A program made the position numbers and the translations under genes. Shown in pieces: positions 1 to 9,607 of a stretch of DNA of 64,000 nt. Source of the DNA: Longimicrobiales bacterium (lineage in GTDB: Bacteria > Gemmatimonadota > Gemmatimonadetes > Longimicrobiales > Gaopeijiaceae); NCBI GenBank assembly GCA_041690395.1, contig JAWLHJ010000002.1, forward strand, positions 436,651 to 500,650, given 5' to 3'. Under the pieces are notes generated by a model. The model was not told the DNA's origin. It ran no database searches and worked only from the letters and a program-made list of their open reading frames with translations. Position 1 is the stretch's first letter. Each line of letters opens with the position of its first letter.

Positions 1-28
1 CCGGTAGGCGCCTTCCGCGGCGGGTGCC

Positions 29-1216
29 CTACCGCTCCGGAGGAGCGCCCGCGTACCCGGTGAGCTCGACGTATCCGAGCCCGGCGGTGTCTTCCCCTCC
101 CGGCCCGGTGCCCCGCACGCGGACCGAACCCTCCCAATAGCGGAACGCCAGATCGAGCTCCTGGTCGCGCAGGACGGGCTCGATCAGGAGATCCACGCCA
201 CGGTCGGGAGCGCGCAGTCGCCACCCGGACGGGTAGACCGTCCCGTCGATGGGCGAGGTCCATTGGTCGGTGACCTCCAGCTCGAGGTCTTCCCCCCACT
301 CGAGTGGCACCTTGCGGCCCTCCGGGTCGATGAGCACCCCGTCGCTCAGCGGATCGGCCGAGCCGTCCGCGAGCCGGAGCTGGTAGACCATCACCTCCCA
401 GTCGTCGTCCAACTGGAGGGAGAACCAGTCCCACCCGACCTGGTCCCCGGAGAGCGCCGAGGTGCTCCACTCGCGATCCATCCAGGCCAGGCCCGACACG
501 TCGAGCGTGTCGACTCCGACCACGACCGTGCCCGATGCCGGCAGGCGGGTGTGCGCGTAGTAGTACGACGCGTTTCCGGGCTCGGGCCCCTTCTGGCTGA
601 GTCCCCGGTCTCCCTGGAGCACCACGGGCTTCCCCTGGTCCAGCCGCAAACGGAGGGCGACGTCGCCCGCGGCCGCGGAGAGCCGGAGCGGGAAGCCCTC
701 GCCGGACGGGGCGCCGCGAAGCTCCCAGTCTTCGACCCAGACCCGAAAGGTGGAGTCCGCCTCCGGCCCCACCGCGCCGGCCAGCCCCCCCGCTCCGCGC
801 GCGAACCGCTCGAAGTCCCGGAAGCGCCCGTCCGAAACGTCGGTGAGCGTGAAGTGCCCCATGTACGCCTGGTTCGTCGCCCAGGCGGAGGCGAGCTCGG
901 GCGGCGTGGGCGCCAGCGCGCTCCGGAAGATCGTGAACTGGAATCCGAAGGCCCGCCCGTCCTGCGCCGCCAGGTTGCCCGTGACGTACCACCACTCCGT
1001 GCGGAAGGACGGATGCGGGCCGTGATCCTCCGGAAACGAGAACGGCCTCACCGCCATGGCCCTCGCGTACCCCGCCGTGTCGGCGCCGGCCAGCGTCTCC
1101 GAGAGGGAGAGACGGGCACGGGCCGTCCCGTCCGGGGAGCTGCCGTCGCACCCCGCACCAACCGCCGCGAGCCCAGTGGCTGCAGCCAGCAGGAAGACTT
1201 CGCGCGCGCGCATCAT
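29..1216 (-). CDS. AttH/CrtC-like lipocalin-fold lipoprotein (carotenoid 1,2-hydratase/Svf1-like superfamily)
   Basis: Motifs FPEDHGPHPSFRTEWWY, SYYY, WMDREWS, GWDWFSLQLDD, YWEG, GYVELTGY. Lipobox GLAAVGAGC. ATG at 1216 overlaps the permease stop (ATGA), so the longer track start is rejected. Confidence 0.85.
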   Translation of the reverse strand: MMRAREVFLLAAATGLAAVGAGCDGSSPDGTARARLSLSETLAGADTAGYARAMAVRPFSFPEDHGPHPSFRTEWWYVTGNLAAQDGRAFGFQFTIFRSALAPTPPELASAWATNQAYMGHFTLTDVSDGRFRDFERFARGAGGLAGAVGPEADSTFRVWVEDWELRGAPSGEGFPLRLSAAAGDVALRLRLDQGKPVVLQGDRGLSQKGPEPGNASYYYAHTRLPASGTVVVGVDTLDVSGLAWMDREWSTSALSGDQVGWDWFSLQLDDDWEVMVYQLRLADGSADPLSDGVLIDPEGRKVPLEWGEDLELEVTDQWTSPIDGTVYPSGWRLRAPDRGVDLLIEPVLRDQELDLAFRYWEGSVRVRGTGPGGEDTAGLGYVELTGYAGAPPER

Positions 1217-3759
1217 TCGCCCCTCAACGCCAACGCAGGTGACGAGCGCGCCATGCGCCAGGCCGGGTAGACACCGGCGACGAGCGCGCCGGCGAGAGCC
1301 AGCACCACGCCCTGGGCGAGGATCTCGGGCCCGACCTCCATGCGGAGGGTCCAGCCGAACGAACGCTTGTTGACCACGAAGATCATCACCCATGAGAGCA
1401 CCAGTCCGACCGGGACCGCGAGGACGCCGGACACCAGCCCCAGGATCCCGGTCTGCCCCACGACGAGCCCCCGCACCTGGCCTGGAGTGAGCCCCACGGC
1501 CCGGAGCACGCCGAACTCGCGGGCCCGCTCGAGCTCCAGGGCCATCAGCGCGCTGAGGACACCGACGAACGCGACGATGAACGCGAGCAGGCGAAGAACG
1601 CCGGTCACCCGGAACGTCCGATCGAACACGTCGAGTGAAGCCTCGCGGAGCGCCCGGTTGGTGCGGGCCACGACCGATCGGCCCTCCGGAACGCGGAGCA
1701 GAAGCTCGCCCACGACGGAGCCCTCGTCCGTGCCCGGCCGCAGGAACAGCGCGAGCGACGTGACCCCAGGATCGTCGTAGAAGCGGTCGTAGACCGGGCG
1801 CGCCATCATGACCGTGCCCTGCTCCGAGCCGTAGTCGTGGAAGACGCCGGCGACCGGGAGCTCACGGGGCCCCGACGGGGTCGAGAGCCGCACCGGATCG
1901 CCGATCTCCAGCCCCCTCCTGAACGCGAACGGCTCCGACACGATGACCCCCTCACCGGCCCCGAACGCCGACATGGCCTCTTCCGGGGACCCGGACACGA
2001 AGTCGAACGCCTCCTCGCCCCGGGGATCGAGATCCAGGGCGACCAGCCGGTACAGGCCGTCCTCGGCCACGACGTCGATTCCTCGGTACGTGCTGTGCCC
2101 GACGACCGCGGGGTGCGCGACGAACGCCTCGAGCAGACCGGGAGGGAGGGTGCCCGACGCCCGGGAGCTCTGGGGTCCGGGGAGCGACACGTAGACGTCG
2201 GCCTGAAGCGTGCCGTCGAGCCACCGGATCAGGGTGCCGCGGAAGCTGTCGATCATCACGCCGAGCCCGACCGTGACCGAGACCGCGACCACCAGCGCGG
2301 CCACGGCGGGCGCCGTCCGACTGAGCGCGGTCACGACGCCCCGCGCCGCCATGGCACCGAGCACGCCGGCGACACGCTGGAGGGCCGGGGCGAGCCCCCG
2401 CACCATGAGCACCGTGGCCGCCGGAGTCAGCGCGGCCATCCCCAGGATGACGAGGAAGAGCGCACCGAAGCTGAGCGCGAGGCTCCGCGACGGGATCGCC
2501 ATCAGCGCGGCCCCGGTGGCGAGCATGGCGGCGCCCCAGCGAGCGGCGAGCGGAACCGTGCGCCGCGCGCGCTCCTCCGAGCTCGACCGGAGCGTGGCGA
2601 GGCGCGGCGAGACGGACGCCGCCTCGAGGGCCGGTGCGGCGGACGCGAGCAACGTGGCGCCGATGCCCAGCGCGAGGCCCTTCGCGAGCACGACCGGGTC
2701 GACGGCGACCCCCTCCACCGACACGGTGAAGTAGAGGTCGTTGATGGTGCGGGTCACCAGGCGCACCAACCCACGCCCCAGCACCACGCCGATGCCGACC
2801 CCCAACACCGCGCCGACGGAGCCGATCCAGAGGGCTTCGCGCAGGATCATCCGGACGATCTCGCGCCGACCCACGCCGAGGGCCCGGAGACGGCCGAGCA
2901 GGGCGTGGCGCTGGACCACCGAGAAAGTCATCGCATTGTAGATCAGGAACATCCCGAAGATCAGCGCGAGCAGGCTGAGTGCCGTGAGGTTCAGGTCGAA
3001 CGCGGCGATCATGCCGCTCATCGTGTCGGTGCGGGTCCCGGCCGGCTCGAGGCGCGAGCCGTCGGGGAGCGCGGCCTCGACCCGGCGCGCCAGCACCGCT
3101 CCCGCGTCGCCATCCGGGAGGCGCAGGTCGATGCGGCTCAGACGACCGGCCTCGCCCGTCATGTCCTGGACGCTCGCCAGGTCCATGAGCAGGACGTCCG
3201 AGAGGCCGATGCGCGCGAGCCGGTCCTCGGGGGCGAGCGTGCCCGCGACGACGAGGGCGAAGCTCCGCCCGTCGAGCTCGAACGGGAGCGTGTCTCCGAT
3301 GGCGACGCCGGCCAGGCTCGCCGTCTCCGAGGAGAGGACGACCGCGTAGGGCGTGGTCATGAAGTCCGAGACCTCGAGGTCGGCTGCGGAGCCGGCCACG
3401 TAGGGGCGGAACGGGCCTTCCGAGAGGGGGTCGACACCGAGCGCGGTGAGGGCCCGCCCCGGCATCCGCGGAGACGAGCCCACCGCCTCCACCACGGGCG
3501 CCGCGTCCCGAACGCCCAGCTCGATCCTCAGGGTGGCCACGAGCATCTCGTCCACGGTGCCGACGTCGCTGACGACCTGGTGGGTCGCGCGTCCCGAGAC
3601 CGTCTCCGACGACACCCGGAAACCCGTCCGGGCGCTCTGGATGGACAGGTCGATGGCCACGACGACACCAACGCCGAGCGCCACCCCCAGCACGGAGAGG
3701 ACGAGCTGGGTGCGGTGCCCCACCAAGTGGCGGAAGCTGGAGCGGGTGAGGAGCCTCAC
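1213..3759 (-). CDS. ABC transporter permease, double MacB/FtsX-type (AttF/G-like)
   Basis: 848 aa with two periplasmic plus TM repeats, including LRALGV and REFGVLRAVG motifs. Coupled to the ATPase gene. Confidence 0.9.
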   Translation of the reverse strand: MRLLTRSSFRHLVGHRTQLVLSVLGVALGVGVVVAIDLSIQSARTGFRVSSETVSGRATHQVVSDVGTVDEMLVATLRIELGVRDAAPVVEAVGSSPRMPGRALTALGVDPLSEGPFRPYVAGSAADLEVSDFMTTPYAVVLSSETASLAGVAIGDTLPFELDGRSFALVVAGTLAPEDRLARIGLSDVLLMDLASVQDMTGEAGRLSRIDLRLPDGDAGAVLARRVEAALPDGSRLEPAGTRTDTMSGMIAAFDLNLTALSLLALIFGMFLIYNAMTFSVVQRHALLGRLRALGVGRREIVRMILREALWIGSVGAVLGVGIGVVLGRGLVRLVTRTINDLYFTVSVEGVAVDPVVLAKGLALGIGATLLASAAPALEAASVSPRLATLRSSSEERARRTVPLAARWGAAMLATGAALMAIPSRSLALSFGALFLVILGMAALTPAATVLMVRGLAPALQRVAGVLGAMAARGVVTALSRTAPAVAALVVAVSVTVGLGVMIDSFRGTLIRWLDGTLQADVYVSLPGPQSSRASGTLPPGLLEAFVAHPAVVGHSTYRGIDVVAEDGLYRLVALDLDPRGEEAFDFVSGSPEEAMSAFGAGEGVIVSEPFAFRRGLEIGDPVRLSTPSGPRELPVAGVFHDYGSEQGTVMMARPVYDRFYDDPGVTSLALFLRPGTDEGSVVGELLLRVPEGRSVVARTNRALREASLDVFDRTFRVTGVLRLLAFIVAFVGVLSALMALELERAREFGVLRAVGLTPGQVRGLVVGQTGILGLVSGVLAVPVGLVLSWVMIFVVNKRSFGWTLRMEVGPEILAQGVVLALAGALVAGVYPAWRMARSSPALALRGE

Positions 3760-4442
3760 GACGCGTCCGGCGTCACCTGTCCATGACGGACGCGGAGGAT
3801 CCGGTCCATGCGTCCCGCCAGATCGGACGAATGGGTCACCACCACCAACGTGAGCCCGTCCTTCTCGACGAGCTCGTCGAGAAGGGCGACGACTCGCTCC
3901 CCCGTCTCCTCGTCCAGATTGCCCGTCGGCTCGTCGGCGAGCACGACCCGCGGCCGGTGCACGATGGCCCGTGCGACCGCGACGCGCTGTTGCTCCCCGC
4001 CCGACAGCCGGTCCGGATAGGCGGAGGCGCGCTCCGCGAGCCCCACGGCGTCGAGGAGCCCCAGGGCCCGGTCCCGGCCGGCCGCGTCTCCCGAGCCCGT
4101 GAGCTCCAGGGGGAGCAGCAGGTTCTCCAGGACCGTGAGCGTCGGGATCAGGTTGAAGAACTGGAACACGAAGCCCAGGCGCTCACGCCGGAACAGCGTC
4201 CTACGCCGTTCGGACAGGGCCGTGAGGTCGGTGCCCCCGACCCGGACGGTGCCGGCGTCGGGAAGGTCGATTCCGCTGATGAGGTTGAGGAGCGTCGACT
4301 TTCCGGAGCCCGAGGGTCCCAGCACGGCGACGCGCTCGGCCTCCCGCACGGACACATCGACTCCGTCGAGGACGACGTGGTCGACGTCCCCCTCCCGGTA
4401 CCCCTTCCGAACGTCCCGCAGCTCGATGGCCGGCCCTGCCAT
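3756..4442 (-). CDS. ABC transporter ATP-binding protein (LolD/MacB family)
   Basis: Walker A GPSGSGKST, signature LSGGEQQRVA, Walker B LADEPTGNLD, VVVTH. Confidence 0.95.
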   Translation of the reverse strand: MAGPAIELRDVRKGYREGDVDHVVLDGVDVSVREAERVAVLGPSGSGKSTLLNLISGIDLPDAGTVRVGGTDLTALSERRRTLFRRERLGFVFQFFNLIPTLTVLENLLLPLELTGSGDAAGRDRALGLLDAVGLAERASAYPDRLSGGEQQRVAVARAIVHRPRVVLADEPTGNLDEETGERVVALLDELVEKDGLTLVVVTHSSDLAGRMDRILRVRHGQVTPDAS

Positions 4443-4483
4443 GGATCTCCTATGGAGAGAGCTTCCCTGGGCCGGGCCGCCGG

Positions 4484-4969
4484 TCAGCGCCCTCCGCCCT
4501 CCAGCTGCTGAGGCAGCGTGAGAAGCTTCTTCACTCGATACTGCCGATTACCCGCGGGCAGACGGATGGTGACCTCCTCGCCCTCCCCGGCGCCCAGCAG
4601 CCCCTGGCCGATGGGCGACGCGAGCGACACCTGGCCGGCGTCGAGGTCGATGAAGTCACCCGCCGTGATGGTGAAGTCGTACTCTTCGTCCCCGTCGAGG
4701 TCGTGGACCGTCACGCGGGAGCCGAATCCGACCTTGTCGTAGGCCATGTCCGAGACGTCGATCTTCGAGAGCTCGGACATGCGCGACGTGAGGTGGTTCA
4801 GGCGCGCCTCCACGAATGACTGGCGCTCCTTGGCCGACTTGTACTCCGAGTTCTCCCGAAGATCCCCGTGCTCCATCGCGATCTTGATCCGCTCCGGCAA
4901 CTCCACCTGGAGCTCGTGGGTCAGACGCGTGATCTCTTGTTCGATCTTTTCCCGGATCTGTTCCAACAT
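4484..4969 (-). CDS. greA: Transcription elongation factor GreA/GreB family
   Basis: HGDLRENSEY coiled-coil tip, VGFGSRV, SLASPIGQGLLG; 161 aa. Confidence 0.92.
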   Translation of the reverse strand: MLEQIREKIEQEITRLTHELQVELPERIKIAMEHGDLRENSEYKSAKERQSFVEARLNHLTSRMSELSKIDVSDMAYDKVGFGSRVTVHDLDGDEEYDFTITAGDFIDLDAGQVSLASPIGQGLLGAGEGEEVTIRLPAGNRQYRVKKLLTLPQQLEGGGR

Positions 4970-4988
4970 GGAGCACCTCGTGTCTCGG

Positions 4989-5029
4989 AAAGCAAGCCGC
5001 CGTCCCGGACTCGGGGCCGGGGCGGCGGT
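4989..5029 (-). terminator. GC-rich hairpin with U-rich tail in the greA 5' leader (possible attenuator)
   Basis: Minus strand reads CCGCCG-C-CCCGG, 8-nt loop, CCGGG-A-CGGCGG, then CTTGCTTT, about 20 nt before the greA ATG. Confidence 0.45.
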
Positions 5030-5157
5030 GATCTTGAAGGATATGAACGCGGACGCCGGGACGGAAGCGCTGCCCCGGCGTACGCGGCGCTGGCCGCGAC
5101 CGCCCTTACGGATACATTTTGCATCCGTGATCGATCCGTGACCGATGGAGCCCCCCC

Positions 5158-6663
5158 TTGATCCTCCCCCACGACCCGAAGCGCAACCACGACGACTCCG
5201 TCGCCTGGACGCCGTTCGATCCGGGCGACGCGCCGGAGCTCCCGGCCTCCGTGGACGGGGCGGGACGCGTTGTGGCGGTCATCGCATCGGTCGAGTTGGT
5301 GGGCGTCGGTTGGGCCGTATCCGTGGCTACCGAGCTCGCCCGGGTCTGGGCCGGGCGACGACCGGGCGTCGTCCTCGTGGATACCGACCTCGCGAGGCCG
5401 CGCCTCCACCACGCGGTGCGCGTGGACAACGCCGTGGGCCTGGCGGAGGTGCTCAGGGGAGAGGCCCCGGTGGCCAGCGCGACCCGCGTGGTGGACGAGG
5501 ACCGCCTCTTCTGCGTTCCCGCCGGGAACGCTCCGGAAGACCCCGGCCAGGGCTTCGATCCCGCCCGCTGGTCGAGGCTCTGTGATGCCTTCTCGGAAGC
5601 CGGGGTCACCGTGGTGGCCTACGTCCCGGCGAACGCGACGTGGATCGGGGACGTGCTCGAAACCGCGACCGACGTCATCGAGCTGACAGAGCAGCACCGC
5701 TCGCTCGACTGGCCGCGGGAGGGTGCTCCCCCGGTTCGCGCGGTGCTCGGACCGATGCCCCTGGTCCGCCCCCCCTCTGACCCGACCGGGAGGGAGCGGA
5801 CCGGTTCCGCCCCTCTCCTCGGATTCGACGTGGACAATGGTGAGGAGGACGGCGAGGACGGTGGCGAGGAGCTCTCCGTCGAGAAGCACGAGCGAAGCGA
5901 CCGGAGCACCGTCTCGGCCGGTGGAGCCACTGTGGGCGACGTCTCGGTGGACGACGTCCTCTCGCGTGCCGGGAGCGCGGAGGGCAAGACGGGTTCCCGC
6001 ACCGCCATCACGGTCGTCGCCCTCATCCTGGTTCTGGCGCTCGGCGCCTGGGCCGCGATCCGGCTCGGCAGCGGGACGCCGCCGTCCTCTGCCGAGGCGG
6101 CCGGTTTTTCCGGGAGTGCCGCGCGCGCGACGGCCGTCCCGGCCACGGTCCCGCCGCGGCCCGTGCCGCCGAATGCCGACTTCTCGGTCGCCGTGGCCTC
6201 GTACGCCGACGCCGACCGGGCCGAGGAGCGCCGCGCGCGGCTCGCCGGGCTCGTGCCCGCGCTCCCGTGGTTCGTCGCGCCGGTCCAGATCGACGGAGTC
6301 GCCTACCACCGCGTGATGGGCGGGCTCGTGGCCGATTCCGCGGCCGCCCTGGCGTTGGGCGCGGAGCTGGCCCGGGAGGGCCGAGGCGGGATCGGACAGT
6401 GGATCGCGCGGCCGACCGGATGGGTGCTCGACTTCGGCGAGCACGCGGAGCTACCGGCGGCGGAGCGGGAAGTGGAGCGGATCCGGGACCAGGGGATCCC
6501 GGCCCAGCTCGCCGAGGTCCGTTTCACCGACCAGACCGTCCGGTACCGGATCTACGCCGGCGGATACCGTGACGCGGCCGAGGCGTCGTACCTGGCGGGC
6601 GTCGCGGAAGCGGAAGGCCTCGATGTGCGGCCCGCGCGTCGCATGGGGCGGCCCCCGGGCTGA
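5158..6663 (+). CDS. Membrane protein: degenerate CpsD/CapB (BY-kinase/MinD-like) domain, acidic linker, TM helix, SPOR-like C-terminus
   Basis: VVLVDTDLARPRLH...GLAEVLRG...LFCVPAG; TM TAITVVALILVLALGAWAAI; SPOR-like segments FSVAVASY...YHRVMGG and YRIYAGGY. Start uncertain (TTG). Confidence 0.6.
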   Translation: MILPHDPKRNHDDSVAWTPFDPGDAPELPASVDGAGRVVAVIASVELVGVGWAVSVATELARVWAGRRPGVVLVDTDLARPRLHHAVRVDNAVGLAEVLRGEAPVASATRVVDEDRLFCVPAGNAPEDPGQGFDPARWSRLCDAFSEAGVTVVAYVPANATWIGDVLETATDVIELTEQHRSLDWPREGAPPVRAVLGPMPLVRPPSDPTGRERTGSAPLLGFDVDNGEEDGEDGGEELSVEKHERSDRSTVSAGGATVGDVSVDDVLSRAGSAEGKTGSRTAITVVALILVLALGAWAAIRLGSGTPPSSAEAAGFSGSAARATAVPATVPPRPVPPNADFSVAVASYADADRAEERRARLAGLVPALPWFVAPVQIDGVAYHRVMGGLVADSAAALALGAELAREGRGGIGQWIARPTGWVLDFGEHAELPAAEREVERIRDQGIPAQLAEVRFTDQTVRYRIYAGGYRDAAEASYLAGVAEAEGLDVRPARRMGRPPG

Positions 6664-6716
6664 GCGCGCCGGGGAGATCGCGGCGAGCTCGGCGGAAGTC
6701 CCGAGGGGTCCTGCCC

Positions 6717-8267
6717 TCACCCCTTCCGGAAGTAGATGTGCCGCCGCCACCGATCGTCCGGAACGGGATGATCGGCGCGGAAGTGGGCGCCCCTGGACTC
6801 CTCCCGCAGGAGCGCGGCCTCGGTCGCCAGTCGCGCGCAGGTGAGGAGCGCGCCGACTTCGTATCCTTCACGGCTCCTTGCGTCTCCCGTGCCCGCGGAC
6901 CAGCTCCGGAGCCTCGCCGACGCCCGCTCGAGCCCCTCGCCGGTCCTCACGATCCCCACGTCGCGCCACATGAGATCACGCACGCCCTGACGGGTCGGCG
7001 GAACGTCGGGAGCTTCTCCGACCGGGAGCGCACGTGCGTCCGGATGCGGCTCGGGGGGTGCGGGCGTCGGGCTCGGCGGATCGACCAGCCGCTGCACCGC
7101 CCGATGGGCGAACACGACCGTCTCGAGCAGCGAGTTCGACGCGAGTCGATTGGCGCCGTGGACCCCTGTGCAGGCGACCTCACCGACGGCGAAAAGCCCC
7201 GGCACCGTCGTCTCCCCCCACGTGTTGGTCCGCACGCCGCCCATGGAGTAGTGCGCGGCCGGTGACACCGGAATGCGGTCCCTGGCCATATCGAGCCCGG
7301 CCTCGAGGCACGTGGCGTAGATCTTCGGGAAGCGCGCGGCGAGCCACGCCGCGTCGCGGGAGGTCGCGTCGAGCAGCACGTGGTCGCTGTCCGTCTCGAG
7401 CATCTCGCGCAGGGCGGCGCGCGCCACGATGTCCCGGCCTGCGAGCTCGGCCCGCTCGGCGTCGTACCGTGGCATGAAGCGCTCCCCCCGGACGTTGTAG
7501 AGCAGCGCCCCCTCGCCCCGCACGGCCTCCGAGATGAGGAAGACCGGCTTGTTCGGCAGGACCAGCGCCGTGGGGTGGAACTGGGTGAACTCCATATCCA
7601 TCACGTCCGCCCCCGCCTCGTAGGCGAGCGCGACCCCGTCACCGGTCGAGACCGGGGGGTTCGTCGTGGTCCGGTACATACGCCCCGCCCCACCGGTCGC
7701 GAGCACGACCACCGGGGCCTGGTACACCCGATGGACACCCTCCCGATGGAAGAACACCTCCACGCCCGTGACGCGGCCTCCTTCCGTCATGATCCGGCTG
7801 GCCAGAGCGTGCTCCAGCACGGTGCCCCGGTCGCGCGCGAGACTCGACAGGGAGATCTCGATCTCGAGACCGGTCGCGTCTCCACGCGCATGGAGGATGC
7901 GCGCCTTCGAGTGGGCGGCCTCCCGTCCGAGCGCCACCTCGCCGTCGCTGGTGTCGAAGCGGACGCCGTAGCGGACGAGATCGGCCACCCTGTCGGACGC
8001 CTCGTAGCACAGGATGCGGGCGGCTTCCTCATCCACGAGGCCCGCTCCCGCCTCCAGGGTGTCCCGTAGGTGGAGCGCAGGATCGTCTCCCGGGCCGACG
8101 GCGGCGGCGATGCCGCCCTGAGCGTAGCGCGTGGAAGCCTCCGCGATCCCGCTCTTCGTGACCACGAGGACGCGCCCGGGTGCCTCGAGCGCGGCGTAGA
8201 GACCGGCGATCCCCGAGCCGACGACGATCAGGTCGTAGGCGTCGCCGTCGGCGGCCGGGTCGCTCAA
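6717..8267 (-). CDS. nadB: L-aspartate oxidase
   Basis: IVVGSGIAG FAD motif, YAQGGIA, EAAHS, QFHPT, LISEAVRGEG, HYSMGG, GVHGANRLASNSLLE, ESRGAHFR. TTG start at 8267 overlaps the tyrS stop (TTGA). Confidence 0.93.
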   Translation of the reverse strand: MSDPAADGDAYDLIVVGSGIAGLYAALEAPGRVLVVTKSGIAEASTRYAQGGIAAAVGPGDDPALHLRDTLEAGAGLVDEEAARILCYEASDRVADLVRYGVRFDTSDGEVALGREAAHSKARILHARGDATGLEIEISLSSLARDRGTVLEHALASRIMTEGGRVTGVEVFFHREGVHRVYQAPVVVLATGGAGRMYRTTTNPPVSTGDGVALAYEAGADVMDMEFTQFHPTALVLPNKPVFLISEAVRGEGALLYNVRGERFMPRYDAERAELAGRDIVARAALREMLETDSDHVLLDATSRDAAWLAARFPKIYATCLEAGLDMARDRIPVSPAAHYSMGGVRTNTWGETTVPGLFAVGEVACTGVHGANRLASNSLLETVVFAHRAVQRLVDPPSPTPAPPEPHPDARALPVGEAPDVPPTRQGVRDLMWRDVGIVRTGEGLERASARLRSWSAGTGDARSREGYEVGALLTCARLATEAALLREESRGAHFRADHPVPDDRWRRHIYFRKG

Positions 8268-9541
8268 CCCTGGATCTCGACCAGGTGGTAGCTCCGCTTC
8301 CCCTTCCGGATCACGAGGTAGCGCCCGTCGAGCGCCTGCTCGACGGCTACCACGTCGTCGACCGAGCCGATCCGGTCGTTGTTGAGGTACATCCCCCCGC
8401 CCTCGATCGCCCGTCGGGCATCCCCCCTGGACGTCGCCACGCCGGTCTCGACCAACAGGTCGACGACGGGCATACCACCCGAGAACGCCTCCCGACCGAT
8501 GCGGGTCGAGGGAACGTCGGCGAAGATCTCCTCGACCTCGCGCGATCCGAGCCCCTCGAGGCTCCCACCGAAGAGCGCGTCCGTCGCACGCCGGGCCGAG
8601 GCCAGCCCCGATGCCCCGTGCACGCGCTCCGTCACCTCGTCGGCGAGCGCCTTCTGGGCGACCCGACGATGCGGCTCGCGCTCCACCGCGTCTTCGAGCG
8701 CCGCGATCTCTTCGCGCTCCATGAGCGTGAAATACTTCAGGTACCGGACGACGTCGGCATCCTCGGTATTCACCCAGAACTGGTAGAACGCGTAGGGCGA
8801 CGTCAGCTCCGGGTCGAGCCAGACGTTGCCGCCCTCCGACTTGCCGAACTTCGCGCCCGAGGCGTTCGTCACCAGCGGCATCACCGCGCCGAACACGCGC
8901 TCCCCATCGGCGCGCCGAACCAGGTCGATGCCCGCGGTGATGTTCCCCCACTGGTCGCTCCCTCCCATCTGGAGCGTGCACCCCTCGCGTCGGCGGAGCT
9001 CCAGGAAGTCGTAGGACTGGAGCAGCGCGTAGCTGAACTCGGTGTACGAGATGCCGGTCTCTTCGTTCTCGAGCCGGCGCTTCACGGACTCGCGGGCCAT
9101 CATCTGGTTCACCGAGAAATGCTTGCCGACGTCCCGCAGGAACTCGACCAGCTTGAGCCCGCCCAGCCAGTCCAGGTTGTTTCGCATGCGCGCCGCGTTC
9201 GAGACGCCCTCGAAGTCGAGGAAGTGCTCGAGCTGAGCGCGTATACCGGCGGCGTTCTCCGCCGTCGCCTCGGCGGTGAGCAGCTGACGCTCCGCGGTCT
9301 TCCCGGATGGATCTCCGATGAGTCCGGTCCCCCCTCCGACCAGCGCGATGGGGGTATGTCCCGCGCGCTGCAGGTGCACCAACCCCATGATCACGAGCAG
9401 GGATCCGACGTGGAGGCTGCGCGCCGTCGGATCGAATCCGATGTAACCGACCCTCGGAGCCTCCGCGAGGTGCTCTTCGACGCCGTGGGTGGCGTCCTGG
9501 AGAAGTCCGCGCCAACGAAGCTCTTCGAACAGGAGGGTCAT
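8264..9541 (-). CDS. tyrS: Tyrosine--tRNA ligase
   Basis: YIGFDPTARSLHVGS (HIGH-like), GGSDQWGNI, KFGKS (KMSKS-like), C-terminal S4 domain. Confidence 0.97.
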   Translation of the reverse strand: MTLLFEELRWRGLLQDATHGVEEHLAEAPRVGYIGFDPTARSLHVGSLLVIMGLVHLQRAGHTPIALVGGGTGLIGDPSGKTAERQLLTAEATAENAAGIRAQLEHFLDFEGVSNAARMRNNLDWLGGLKLVEFLRDVGKHFSVNQMMARESVKRRLENEETGISYTEFSYALLQSYDFLELRRREGCTLQMGGSDQWGNITAGIDLVRRADGERVFGAVMPLVTNASGAKFGKSEGGNVWLDPELTSPYAFYQFWVNTEDADVVRYLKYFTLMEREEIAALEDAVEREPHRRVAQKALADEVTERVHGASGLASARRATDALFGGSLEGLGSREVEEIFADVPSTRIGREAFSGGMPVVDLLVETGVATSRGDARRAIEGGGMYLNNDRIGSVDDVVAVEQALDGRYLVIRKGKRSYHLVEIQG

Positions 9542-9607
9542 GGGGCCGGGGGCTGGGGTGGTCGCGACTCGGGTCCGAACGGTAGCGAGCGCCCGGGGCC
9601 GGTCAAG

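Noticed and set aside
1837..3786. Long plus-strand ORF of 649 aa, and similar ORFs at 8180-10234, 14500-16938, 21663-23810, 31931-34723, 35093-37486 and 53611-55755
   Set aside because: Antisense shadows of well-supported genes. They are Arg/Gly/His-rich with no motifs, as expected from stop-codon scarcity at high GC.
8268..9515. Apparent 400-aa N-terminal extension of NadB (932-aa ORF)
   Set aside because: It is an alternative frame over tyrS. NadB homology begins at the TTG at 8267.
9542..9607. T-box riboswitch upstream of tyrS
   Set aside because: The intergenic gap is only 66 nt and has no T-box consensus.
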